A stretch of DNA of 63,766 nucleotides, counting the filler, from Octopus bimaculoides (lineage: Eukaryota): the NCBI RefSeq assembly GCF_001194135.2. It is 4 parts of 4 records of this genome, joined end to end, with 100 filler letters (N's around TTAATTAATTAA, not from the genome) between each part and the next. Parts side by side here need not be neighbours in the genome. Positions count along the whole stretch, not along the records: positions 1 to 13,559 come from NC_069000.1; 3 more parts are not named here. One strand, given 5' to 3'. Made by a program: the position numbers and the translations under genes. The notes beneath the pieces are model-generated. The model was given only the letters and a program-made list of their open reading frames with translations. It searched no databases and was not told the DNA's origin. This document shows, piece after piece, positions 1-11,614 of this stretch (position 1 is the stretch's first letter; every line of letters starts with the position of its first letter).

Positions 1-25
1 CAATTAATTTGACTAAAATCCTTGA

Positions 26-86
26 AGGTGGTGCTCCAGCATGGCTGTGGCTGCAGTCAAATGACTAAAACAAATAAAAGAATAAA
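26..86 (+). mobile_element. SINE family B, 3' tail fragment
   Basis: aaggtggtgctccagcatggc...gtcaaatgactaaaacaaataaaag matches the tails at about 9130-9185, 15505-15554, 24360-24407 and 44200-44245. Confidence 0.8.
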
Positions 87-91
87 CAAAA

Positions 92-166
92 GATGTCACA
101 GAGTGGGACTGAACTCAAAGCCATGAGGTTGGGAAGCAAACCTCTTACCACAAAGCCACGCCAGCA
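92..166 (-). mobile_element. SINE family B, tRNA-like head fragment
   Basis: Reverse complement gcgtggctttgtggtaagaggtttgcttcccaacc...gagttcagtcccact matches the heads at 8706 and 23713; A-box-like and B-box-like segments present. Confidence 0.65.
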
Positions 167-544
167 TTTAAAACTTATGGGCGGCCAAAACTTTGCATAT
201 AGAACCTGGGGTAATTTTCTGAGGCAATTTTTTTCGAAAATAAGAGTCTTCTATGTCATCAAACATGGCGTATTATTTACCAACCCTGAAAAGATAAAAA
301 GCGAAGTCGAATTTGCTATTGATTTAAATTCCAAAAGCAGAAAGCCATCACAAACACCACAAGGCATTTTATCGCACCCTCCAAGAAGCCTTTGCCAAAT
401 TTAGTGCCATAAACCAAATATATTCTGTCAGTTGTACGTGAACACAACCAAACTTGTATTTATAAATGGTTCAAAGAGGCATGTGGCACTAACGCAATGG
501 TAAATTATCTGCTCTCTGCCAAAACATTTATTTTCTCACGTTGT

Positions 545-1415
545 CACTCTCTATCATCTCTCTCTCATCATTTCTCTATTTCTATCTCTCTATCTCTCTC
601 TCTCTTTCTCTCAGTTTGTCTTTCTCCATCTCTGTCTCTCTATTGACTTTCTCTCTTAGTTTATTTACCTGTCTTCTCTCTCACTCTCTCTTTCTCTCTC
701 TCTTTCTCTCTCTCTCTCCACTTATTTGTATTTCTCTGTTTGTCGTTTTCTCTCTATTTATCTGTCTGATTGTTTGTCTGTCTGTCTGTCTCTTTCTCTT
801 CTCTTTTTCTTTCTTCAGTTTCTCTTCCTCTGTCTCTCTCTCTCCCTCTCCCTTTTACCCTCTGTTTTATTTTGTTTGTCTGTCTGTCTCTCCCCCCTCT
901 CTCTCTCTCTATCTCTCTTCATTCTTTACTTTCTTCTTTTACCAAATCTTGCCAGTCACCTGCTCTCTGCAACAGTTTCTATTTTTCTTACTTAGTCACC
1001 ATTTACCAACTCTCCCCCATCTCCCCCATCTCTCTCTCTCTCTGTCTTTTTTTAACTCTCTCTTCGTCTCTCTCTCTATGCTTCTCTGTCTCTTTCTGTC
1101 TGTTAGTCTCTCTCTCTCTTTCTCTCTCTCTCTCTTTCTCTCTCTTACATCACCTGTCTCTACAACCATTTTCTTACATTGCCACCGTCTATCAGCTCTG
1201 CCTGTCTGTCTGTCTGCCTGTCCCTGTCTCTATATCACTCTCGGTTCCTCTCTCTCTCACTCTTTCTCTCTCTCACTCTTTCTCTCTCTCACTCAAGTCA
1301 CCTGTCCAATCATGTGGTCTTTGCCACTACATCAATATTGCCACATCGTCAACATCTATCCTTTTTGTCTCTCTGTCTGTGTGTCTGATCTGCCAGTCTG
1401 TCTGTTTGCTATGTC

Positions 1416-1457
<42 letters not shown>

Positions 1458-1720
1458 ATCAATATGTTTTGTCATTTAATTTCTTCCCTTACAATAATTT
1501 TCTCATTGTCACCATCTATCATTTTTGTCTATTACTGTGTCTGTCTGTATGTCCACCATCTGTCTGTATGTCTGTGCCTTTCTCTCTCTCTCTTTCAAAC
1601 CTTTTATCCCTCTCTCTTCAGTATCACATCCCTCTCATTCTTCCCTCTTCTTCTCCCCATCTTTCTCTCTTGCCCCTCCCTCTCTTATCTCTATTTCCCT
1701 TTCTTCCCCTCTATGTCTTA
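545..1720. repeat. CT-rich polypyrimidine low-complexity tract
   Basis: (TC)n and (TCTG)n runs with a recurring ttg(c/t)cac..atctatc motif; source of the spurious Leu/Ser ORFs 541-1479 and 770-1765. Confidence 0.9.
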
Positions 1721-1782
1721 CACACACACAAGATGGTAATATCAACAAAAATGTACACCATCTAGTGAGAGATAGATATTAT

Positions 1783-2012
1783 TAAATAAGCACAATATAT
1801 GTTTGTATGTGCCACTGTTAGTTTCATGTGCCGAGAACAGGCCAAACATTGTTTTATAAAACAGATGGTACCCCAGCACAATCATCAGACATTGCCCAGG
1901 CAGTGTCTGATGATTGTGCTGAGACACCAGATATGGTATGAAACAATGTTTGGCATGTTCTCAACACACGAAAGTAATAGCAGCACATAAAAACATATAT
2001 TGTGTTTATTAA
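1783..2012. repeat. ~230-bp imperfect palindrome with a hammerhead-like core in each arm
   Basis: Arms of about 113 bp; the central 22 bp match 21/22 (cagcacaatcatcagacattgc versus the reverse complement of gcagtgtctgatgattgtgctg). Right arm has CTGATGA at 1907 and GAAAC at 1940. Confidence 0.85.
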
Positions 2013-2104
2013 ATATTACATGAAGACCTGTTGGGGCAAGTGAAATCGAAACTGAACCAAATTTGATGACCAGTTTAAGTGCTTAAGGATTGAACTAGTA
2101 ATAT

Positions 2105-2140
<36 letters not shown>

Positions 2141-2700
2141 TTGTTGTCATCATTGTCATCGTTGTGGTTTGACCTCAGGCCAGCCCTCATTTAGTAAACC
2201 TACATTAAAAAGGATTCCAGCCATGAAGGGCAAATGCATATCTGTATTTTATGTTTCAAGCAATGTGTCTCTTATCACCTTTAATTCAATGATGTGTGAT
2301 TTGAAGGAAATTCGGCTGTTATTTCTAGCAAAAGAAAGAAGCATGTAGAGGCTGCCTTGTTGGTTTGGATACATGTATGTTTTTGTGTGTGTTGTAAGCT
2401 TGCGTGTGAGTGCATTTGTGTGCTTGTGTATGTATGTAATAGGTGTGTGTGTGAGAAAGAGCATGTGAGTGTAATAGTTACTGGTTATTATCATGCGTGT
2501 GTACATATATACATATGTACATACACACACAGAGACAAACAAATACATATCTGTGTGTATGTGTACGTACACATGTATTTATCCACACATATACACACAC
2601 ATATAGAACAACATGTCCATAACAGCATAACCATGCTTATATCTTCACATGTGTATATATCAGAGAGTATAAATGTGTACATATAACCACACGCACATGC

Positions 2701-2733
<33 letters not shown>

Positions 2734-2778
2734 TACACATTTTATCTTACATGAATGCACAGGATTACATATCTACAG

Positions 2779-2815
<37 letters not shown>

Positions 2816-2907
2816 GATANNNNNNNNNNTATATATATATATATATATATATACACATAGATATAGATACGTGTGTATGTATTTGCATGTATTTGTATGT
2901 ATGTGCA

Positions 2908-2960
<53 letters not shown>

Positions 2961-3240
2961 GCACAGTTTTTATTGTATTTTAATATATATACTCTAAAAT
3001 GTTATTTATTCACTTAGTCTATATATTATATTAAGTTATACAGCTCTATACTCAGGTTTTGTACACGCTCATATATATACCTTGCTTGAAAATATATTTC
3101 AAGAAATAATTATATTAATCGTTCGAAATGTAGCATAAAATGTATTTATTGAGGTGCTCTGCAGCAGCAAGTCTGTATAAATATGGGAAATTTCAATTCC
3201 AATAGCTTTTATACCATGTGATTTCACTCTCACAAAGTGT

Positions 3241-3315
3241 ACATACATACATGCATGCATACATACATACATACATACATACATACATACATACATACAT
3301 ACATACATACATACA
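3241..3315. repeat. (TACA)n microsatellite
   Basis: Direct reading. Confidence 0.95.
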
Positions 3316-3556
3316 TCAGGTGAAAAAATAATTCAAAGTTTCTTTTATGTTTTTTTGGCTAATAATGCTTTTGGCTTCACTTCTGTGAAGGCAGCATATT
3401 TGCAGAAATACAATTGTGTCCTAGTATGATATATTTTATTGTAATATTATATGCCATGAAATAATTTTATTCAGTTAGTCAACATAAAATATTAAGTTAT
3501 AATAGTGTTAAGCTTGGTTTCTTGCTTTATAAATGCATTCCTGATTATTTAGAGAA

Positions 3557-3606
<50 letters not shown>

Positions 3607-3607
<1 letters not shown>

Positions 3608-3760
3608 GAGGCGCAATGGCCCAGTGGTTAGGGCAGCGGACTCGTGGTCATAGGACCGCGGTTTCAATTCCCAGACCGGGCGTTGTGAGTGTTTATTGAG
3701 CGAAAACACCTAAAGCTCTACGAGGCTCTGGCAGGGAGTGGTGGCGAACCCTGCTGAACT
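3607..3760 (+). mobile_element. SINE family A (tRNA-derived head), 3'-truncated
   Basis: A box tggcccagtggttagg and B-box-like ggtttcaattcc; homologous to 34494-34878 and 50031-50362. Confidence 0.85.
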
Positions 3761-3949
3761 GTATGTGAATATGTGTGTACATGAAGGCATAAATATATGC
3801 ATCTATACATACACGCAAATGCATGTTTATATACATACATTTACATACACACATATATATATATATACATGTATACTTACATACATTGATATATACATAA
3901 ATATATATGCATATATATATATATATGTATGCATGTATGTGTGTGTGTA

Positions 3950-3990
<41 letters not shown>

Positions 3991-5332
3991 NNNNNNNNNN
4001 ATATATAGAGATATATAGATATATATGTCTGTATGTATATATGTAGTATCATAGCTTGGAATACATTGGCAACCATGACATGTATGATATTGTTCTTGCC
4101 AATAACAGGATAAATTAGTCCAATATCTGTATAATGAAATTTTGGGTTTTAATCTTTGATCTGTCCATGAAGGTTTAAGGTCAGAGCTCACATTAAGGAG
4201 CAAAGGAGGTTTTAATACACAGACATAATATTAAATTTGCAAATTGGTAAAGTGACATATCAAGTTGAAAATTTATCAGGAATCCTGTGAATTGAAATTA
4301 CTTTGCAAAAACTAACAATGAAGTGGAAGGGATGAGCTAGGTCAGTATGATGTGAGCCTAACATGCTGAACATAGCAGCCAAATTTGAACAAACTGAAAT
4401 TTATGTTTATTTGTATACTGGCTTTTGTTTTTCATATTATTCTATTTGTCTCTTTATGGCCCTGAGCAAAATAAGGACGTCTTTGCACAGCTAGTTGCCC
4501 TGCTAAAAGTAACATTCAAATGTTCTTTAGGTTACACTCCAACATCTCACTAGAAGGACATACTGGATAGTATAGTCCCAGATTCACAATGTATGAGATG
4601 GAAAATGAGATGCTTACACACAATCAGCTAGAAACAACAGTCAAATGTCATTTGAAATCACACCCTATTATTTTAAGAAAAAACGACTTGTTTCAGAATT
4701 TAGTCCTTAAGAAGACAAGTTGGTCATAACTGAAATGTCTTTGACCAAAGGTCTCTCAGATCGTCTTTGACAAGGGCCTAAACAACCTATCATTTATGCT
4801 ATAAATTTAAAAGCATATGTCTTCTAAACCTTAAGAGATTTTTAAGGTCTGGTATTTACTTCAAGAGTGTAGATGTCATTAGTAACTGGTTTTGAAAGTG
4901 TTTACAGTGAGTCCAGTGTAATCACCACTGATACCATACAGAAGTGATACAAATGTTCAATACATCACTACTTTGGAAAAGCAAGACCTCCTGAGTAGGT
5001 AAGTAGATAGATTTCAAAAGTTACAAGCTGGCTGCTGGTGTGGAAGCTGTGAAGATATGTGTTAATGATAGTGAGTGATCTGAAAAGCGATGCTTTTCAA
5101 ACAGGAATAAAATAAATGCTATGTTATTGAATGTTATAGGTGTTTTATTGTTTTCTTCAATAAAAATCTTTATTGTTCTATCAGAACCTGAAACAAACCA
5201 AACACATTTTGGCTACAATATATCAAGAGTTTGGACAAAGTTCAAGATATCAGAAACACATCTCGTTTGTGAATTTGAAGCATTTTCTTTTTTATCAGTT
5301 CCATTATGCTTTTATTAGCTTCACAGGTTCAA

Positions 5333-5470
5333 ATATGGCTTTGTAGATAAGAAATTTGTTTCCCAACTGTATGGCTTCAGGTTCAACCCCACTGTGTGAT
5401 ATCTTGGGAAAGTTCTTGGCTGATTAAAACCCTTGTAAGGGGATATGGTAGATGGAAACTGAAAGCATCT
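5333..5470 (+). mobile_element. SINE family B, degenerate 5' half
   Basis: gtagataagaaatttgtttcccaac...ggttcaacccc...ggtagatggaaactgaaag aligns to the other family B copies. Confidence 0.7.
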
Positions 5471-5529
5471 TGTTACATATGTATGTACATATATACATTG
5501 CATCTATCTATATATATTTGTATATATAT

Positions 5530-5696
5530 AATTGCAGCGTGGAAGGTGTTTATAAGCCATTTTAGAAACACACAAAAACCGTTAAATTCACTTCAACATT
5601 TAAATTTAAATTTGTGTCAAAATATTTTCATCGCTTTGAGACCGCGACCTGTTCACTGAAAATTTTGTTTTTTATAAACACCTTCCACGCTCCAAT
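5530..5696 (-). mobile_element. Inverted-repeat-bounded mini-element (Penelope-like-element-derived candidate) in (TA)n
   Basis: Terminal inverted repeat AATTG(C/G)AGCGTGGAAGGTGTTTATAA at 5530-5555 and 5672-5696; (TA)n on both sides; partial second copy at 58163-58217; internal hammerhead-like fold. Confidence 0.75.
5615..5661 (-). ncRNA. Minimal type-I hammerhead ribozyme candidate with G3:C8 core variant
   Basis: Minus strand reads UUUCA GUGAACA G GUCGC-GGUCUCAAA-GCGAU GAAA AUAUU U UGACA: 5-bp stem II, GAAA, palindromic AAUAUU stem III, H17=U, stem I UCA/UGA then a mismatch and one more pair. Confidence 0.6.
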
Positions 5697-5930
5697 TATA
5701 TATATATACAAATATATAAAAATACTATGCTCATTATTATATTAGGAGATTTAATAACTTCAGTAACTGAATATCCTGCACATACTGACTAAATACCCTC
5801 AGTCTGTACCTACAGACTAGATACCCAATGACTAAAACAGATTGACTGAAGATATACAGCTTATTGATGTCAAACTTTGTAGATGTCAGCTGGTCACAAG
5901 AGCTCTGAGGATACAAACCAGAAAGATGTA

Positions 5931-6097
5931 CCATATTTTAACGTGTATAAGGAACCCCTTTTTGTCAAAAATTAGGATTAAAAAATATGGGAGTTTCTTA
6001 TACATGGATAGTATTATAATCACTTACAAAACCTTTTTTCCAAATTTTAAGTCCCCCCCCCCAATTTAGAGGGTTCCTTATACACGTTAAGATATGG
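5931..6097. mobile_element. Tc1/mariner-superfamily MITE (167 bp)
   Basis: 27-bp TIRs CCATAT(T/C)TTAACGTGTATAAGGAACCC with one mismatch; TA on both sides (5929-5930, 6098-6099) consistent with a TA target-site duplication. Confidence 0.85.
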
Positions 6098-6159
6098 TAA
6101 TCTGTGAATTAGTGAGGGGAATTTTGAATGATGTCTGTATAAGGTCTTTGTATATGTAG

Positions 6160-6612
6160 TGTGTATGTGGAGTGTGTAAGTGTGTGAGGGGGGTGTATGT
6201 GCACGTGTGTATGCACTTGTGTATGTGCATGTGTATGTGTTTGTGTGTGAACTAGTGTGTGCATATGTGTGAGTGTGTATGTTTTTGCATGTGCACATGT
6301 GTATATGTGTGTGTATGTGCATGTGCACTTGTGTATGTGTATGTGCACTTGTGTGTGAGCTAGTGTGTTCATATGTGTGTGTGTGTGTGTGTTCTTGTGT
6401 ATGTGCCCTTGGTATGTGTATGTATGCGCATATGTGTGTGCTTGCATGTGACATTGTGTGTGACAGTATGTGTGTGTATGTGCATGTATGTGTGTGTGTT
6501 CATGTGTATGTGTTCATGTGTATGCACACTCATGTATGTGCATGTGTGTGTATGCACATGTGTATGTGTGCATGCATGTGCATGCTTGTGTGTGTATGTA
6601 TACGTGTGTCAG
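6160..6612. repeat. (TG)/(TGTA)-rich low-complexity tract
   Basis: Direct reading; source of the His/Thr and Cys/Val ORFs. Confidence 0.9.
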
Positions 6613-6615
6613 TAC

Positions 6616-6690
6616 CTGTTTCCATGTATGTCTGCGCCAGCTTCCACAACCATACAGCTGTTCAACTCTATACAAGAGGAGAGACCAAGG
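6616..6690 (-). CDS. Candidate internal exon (75 nt), product unknown
   Basis: ttggttttacag| acceptor and CAG|gtactg donor; length divisible by 3; phase-0 frame PWSLLLYRVEQLYGCGSWRRHTWKQ is open. No homology recognised. Confidence 0.25.
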
Positions 6691-7194
6691 CTGTAAAACC
6701 AATTTTAATGAGCAGCAACACACGACAGGGCATCACATATAACAAAATCAACATTTAAGAGAGTCTTAAGAGAGCCAACCAATTCCTATAGCTGGGAACA
6801 ATAGTTTCTGATGTAAGATTTAAAAAGGAAAACAAAAAACCTTAGTTCAGATAATTGTTTGTGCATAATAGCAATACCCATGACGTTGATAATTATATGA
6901 GGACACCACTGATTTCTCCAAAGTATTGTTTGGAGATAATCATTAAAACACATACTTTTGCAGCAGATCTCTAGAACCGAAATTCAGTCCATGGAGACAA
7001 AATGCTATCATGGGACTATTTTTAGCCTTGAAACTAACCAATTCCTCGATGCTGGAGCTCTGGATAGAAATCCAACTTGGGGCAAGAAACAAATATAGCT
7101 ATGTGGTTAAGAAGTTCGGTTTGTAGTCGTGTGGTTACATGTTAAATCCCAATCTGTGACACCTTGGGAATGTACCTTATCTTAATTGGGCATG

Positions 7195-7632
7195 AGAATG
7201 AGTGAGTGGTTAAGAGGTTTATGGTTCAGTTCCACTATGGTTTCAGGTTCAATCCAATTATGCAGCTCCTTGGGAAAATATCTTCTACTGTAGTCCAAAG
7301 CCGATCAATACCTTGGAAGTGAATTTGGTAGACAGAAGCTGTGTACAAGCTTAATGTAATATATGTACGTGTACGTATATGTATGTATGTATGTGTGTGT
7401 ATGTGTGTGTGTGTGTGTATGTGTGTGTGTCTGGTCCGTACCTCTGGTTGAGAACTAGTGTTGGTTTGTTGATGTCCCCATAACATAGCAGTTTGGCAAA
7501 AAAAAAAGGCAAAACAAAACAATAGAACAAGTACCAGACTTTATAAATAAGTACTGAGGTTGATTTATTCAACTAAACTGTTAAGGACAGTGCTCCAGCA
7601 TGGCCGAAGTCCAATGAATTAAACAAGTAAAA
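7195..7632 (+). mobile_element. SINE family B, degenerate near-full copy with internal (TA)/(TG) array
   Basis: Head, ccttgggaaaatatcttctactg core, microsatellite, then tail ...gtgctccagcatggccg...aaacaagtaaaa. Confidence 0.75.
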
Positions 7633-8501
7633 TGAGGTAAGCGAATGCTGTGGTGGTGGTGATGGCGAAGTGTTGGGGATGTTCTAGTGTTCTGACTTTC
7701 CCTTGGTTCTACCAGCTGAAGAACCAGTCATCTCAGTTTTCCTACCTGAAGAAAACGCCACCCTATCAAAGTCTGGGTGACAGTTCTTCAAGCGATCCAC
7801 TTTTATTGTCTATCTTTTTTCTTCATTTCCTTCTCTCATTTACAGTCAATTGCTGATTGATTTCGCCCGACTATCTAGTTGATTATTTTTCTTTCAGCCA
7901 TTCTCTTCTGGCAATGAAAGTTTCTCACTGGCAGCTTTTAATTCCCATTGAGAATGATCAATTTTACATTCGAGTGTTCTTTTTTTATTATTCATTTATC
8001 TTCATTTATTTCTTTCGATTTTCCCTTTCAATTTTTATTGGTAAGATGATTAGCTATTGGTTGCATTTAATAATTATCACTCATAAATAATATCTGTATG
8101 TGAATCAAAGTTCATTTTACACTACTTTTCAAATTTCTAATGATATTTTTTCCATTGTTTACTTCTTCACACACCTTACTTCTTTAGTGTCTTCTGGATA
8201 CTGCTTAACAGTTGTGCAGAGGGAATATAAGCAGGCATTTATTTGCCAAAACGATAGTTCAATACTGTGTTGCAAATACTATCAACATCAAATCAGTGGG
8301 TCTCTTATAAATACTAATATGTTTTGTAGAAGTTTTAAAACTGAGATACTTTTTTCTTGAAATATTTTAAGAATACATCATTTGTGTGTGATGGCTGTTT
8401 CTATAACAATTACATAATTTGTTATTGAATCCATAACTCAATAAAAACATACATTATAATTTAATTTCTTCTGTAATTACTACTAGTAAAATTCTGTTTA
8501 C

Positions 8502-8609
8502 CTTTTCCCGATGTTGTTTTTCTTCTATTCTTCTTTGATGTTTGTGTGTCCAGCCATGTTGGTCCCAGCGTTTCTCTGTACAAGGAACACAGGTTTGACA
8601 TGAATGTCC
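8502..8609 (-). CDS. Candidate internal exon (108 nt), product unknown
   Basis: ccattttttgcaatgttgcag| acceptor and AAG|gtaaac donor; 108 nt; two frames open (GHSCQTCVPCTEKRWDQHGWTHKHQRRIEEKQHREK and TFMSNLCSLYRETLGPTWLDTQTSKKNRRKTTSGK). Confidence 0.45.
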
Positions 8610-8705
8610 CTGCAACATTGCAAAAAATGGGGTTTATTCAATGAATGCAACCAGAAGAATTGGATAATTATTTAATGAACTTGATAGATGCATAATTAAT
8701 ATAGG

Positions 8706-9185
8706 AGAAGGCAGACACATGGCAATGTGGTAAGAAGGTTGATTTCCAACAATATGGTCATGGGTTCAGTTCTCTTGAGTGGCACCTGGGGCAAGTATCT
8801 TGTGCAGGCCTGGTCAACTCGAATTACATTACAGGCGTATGTGCTAAGAGGATAGGCGTAGGAGTGGCTATGTGGTTGGGCACGTGTCTTCTACTATAGC
8901 CTCAGGCCGACCAAAGCCTTGTGAGTGAATTTGGTAGACGGAAACTGAAAGAAACCCATCACATATATGTATATATAACTATATATATGTATGTGTGTGT
9001 CCCCCAACATCGCTTGACAACCGATGCTGGTGTGTTTATGTCCCCATAACTTAGCAGTTCAGCAAAAGAGCCCAATAGAATAAGTAATAGGCTTACAAAG
9101 AATAAATCCTGGGGTCGATTTGGTCGACTAAAGGTGGTGCTCCAGCATGGCCACAGTCAAATGACTGAAACAAGTAAAAGAGTAA
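8706..9185 (+). mobile_element. SINE family B: head fragment (8706-8800) plus internally deleted copy (8854-9185)
   Basis: aggcgtaggagtggctatgtgg head, gggcacgtgtcttctactatagcctc core, complete tail ending caagtaaaagagtaa. Confidence 0.85.
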
Positions 9186-10567
9186 GGATGATCTCTTTTA
9201 TCTGAAAACTCTAGTTTTTCTAGATTGTCACATTTTTAACTTTAGAAAACTCTTGCAGATTTTTACTGTTCCACTTACAGATAGTATTTGTAATGTAAGT
9301 GCTCACAGGATGATTTCTTTTTCTGAAAACTCTAGCTTTTCTAGATTGTCATTTAGGTTTTTACTCACAAAGCCAAATATACCAATTATTATTTGTATAA
9401 AGGTGAATTATACCAATAATAATTGGTGCATTTGGTTTTGCATGCATGCATGCAAGGATGCAGTTTTGTTTGCATTTATATATCTGTGTGTTGTTGTTTG
9501 TGTGTGTATGTGGGTATGCATGTGTGCGTGAAATGCTATTTGTGTATTAAAATGAAAGTTCACCATTCCACATGCTGAGATATGCAAAGAAACAAAATGT
9601 CTACATGGAAAAAAAATAGAGAGAATGAAAGAAGAAAAAGAAAAGAGAGAAAGAGAAAGAGAGAGAGAGGGTGCGTGAAAAAAGAGGATAAGAGGGAGGG
9701 AAGGTGGGAAAGAGGATGAGAGAGAGAGAGAGAAAGAATCCGAAAATCTCAACAATTGATAATTTTGTTTTGATAATTCAATATTAAAAACAAATAAGAA
9801 ACAAACAAACACAAAAAAATACAAAAAAGAATGAAGAACTAAAAATGAAAAATATATTAAAACAAAATTGCAACAAAATTTTTACCAGCAAAAAAAAAAA
9901 CAACAAAAAAAAAACCTGTAAAATAAAGTAAATTCTATGACAGAACTGTTTCTTGCCATCTTGCAATTAGACAAAGACCTGGAATTATTGCTGCCTTTGA
10001 TTGATGTTCTTGCAGCTTTGTCTGCTAAAATTATTGTATTTATTCGATTCTGTGGCAGATCATAGATGAGAGGAAATAATGACATTCTTGGTTCACAATT
10101 TAATTATACAGAAAACAACAGTGTCTTTGAGGAATCAGAGTTTCTGCAAAGAAACACATCTCCAAGCTGATTACATGAAATTGAGTCAACTCTGTGAGCT
10201 TTTCCCCGTCTAATCCAAGAGAACCATTTCGATTCTCTAATTTCCTATTATTACAATTGGAATCTGCCGACAATTTTATTTCAATGTTTATTTTTTTTTT
10301 GTTTTAATATTTATTTTTTTTAGCTGTTGTTCTTCCGGAGAGTGTTTGTGTTTGTGTTTTGGTGTTCGTCTCTTTAACAGAACCGTGATTATCTATAATT
10401 TTATTGATGGTTTATATAGGTGCATGTGTGAACATGCATACGCACATACACACATATATACACACATACATACATATATGCATACATACATACATATATA
10501 TATATATACATATATATATATGCATATATATATATTGATATCTATCTATCTCTCTGTCTATTTATCC

Positions 10568-10604
<37 letters not shown>

Positions 10605-10756
10605 TACATACATATACATATATATATATGCATATGTATATACACATATGCATATATATAATATATTAATATATATGTTTGTGTGCTTGTACATATTCAT
10701 ATATGTATACATTCGTGTAAATATATAAGTATACATACATATACAGATATATATAT

Positions 10757-10822
<66 letters not shown>

Positions 10823-10974
10823 GCACACACATATATGTATATATATATGTGCATATATATAAATATATATAGATATGCACATACTATACATATATATACT
10901 CATATGTATATACGTATGTGTGTATATATATATATATATGTATGTATGTATGTATGTATTTATCTATCTATCTA

Positions 10975-11009
<35 letters not shown>

Positions 11010-11070
11010 GTATGCATTTATACATAATGTACACTGCATACACATACACACTCACACACACACTCTCCTG

Positions 11071-11130
<60 letters not shown>

Positions 11131-11339
11131 GACACACAGACAAACACAAACACACTTGCACACATGTATATACTTTTTTACTCATGCTATGGAATGGAAG
11201 CATTAAAATGTAGATCCAACAACTTTGTTGGAAGAGTATACAGTTTTAATGTGTTAATTTATGTCAGAGAAAAACAAAGTTTACAATAACCTGAACCACG
11301 GTTTCACCTGGTAAAAAATACATGACTGAGGAAGGGTTT

Positions 11340-11580
11340 AAATGAAATGGGTTAACTTTAGATGGAACAGTTCATTGGTTGTCCTCTGTCAAACATCAAG
11401 GTGAGATTCTCAAGCAAGAATTTGGGACCATTTCAACAAATCAAAATCTGCTCATTGTTTTCATTGAAAACTGGTGTAGTAGTTTGGATGTGCAAAATGC
11501 CACACTGCTTATCTCTTCCTAATCCTATCTCTCTTTATATATATTGACTGACTCCCATGACACTGGCATCGACCATGTTT
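11340..11580 (+). mobile_element. Degenerate non-LTR retrotransposon RT C-terminal fragment
   Basis: Translation NGLTLDGTVHWLSSVKHQG...LLIVFIENWCSS resembles LINE RT thumb-region motifs as I recall them; weak and unverified. Confidence 0.35.

Positions 11581-11614
<34 letters not shown>

Noticed and set aside
541-1765. 312-aa and 331-aa Leu/Ser-rich ORFs
   Set aside because: Translation of (CT)n low-complexity DNA, which lacks stop codons.
2279-2324. 46-nt minus-strand exon-like segment
   Set aside because: Resembles the repeat motif at about 4625-4670 (gctagaaacaacagtcaaat...aaatcacaccc), so probably a repeat fragment.
3607-3690. tRNA gene
   Set aside because: A and B boxes are present but there is no closed acceptor stem or T-run terminator, and it continues into a SINE body.
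4905-5005. Plus-strand exon ending at gtag|gtaagt
   Set aside because: Stops in all frames from the better acceptor; the text resembles a decayed mariner HTH segment instead, too weak to call.
9882-10085. 67-aa minus-strand ORF as a first coding exon
   Set aside because: Donor candidates are weak and their phase does not fit the open frames of the 8502-8609 exon.
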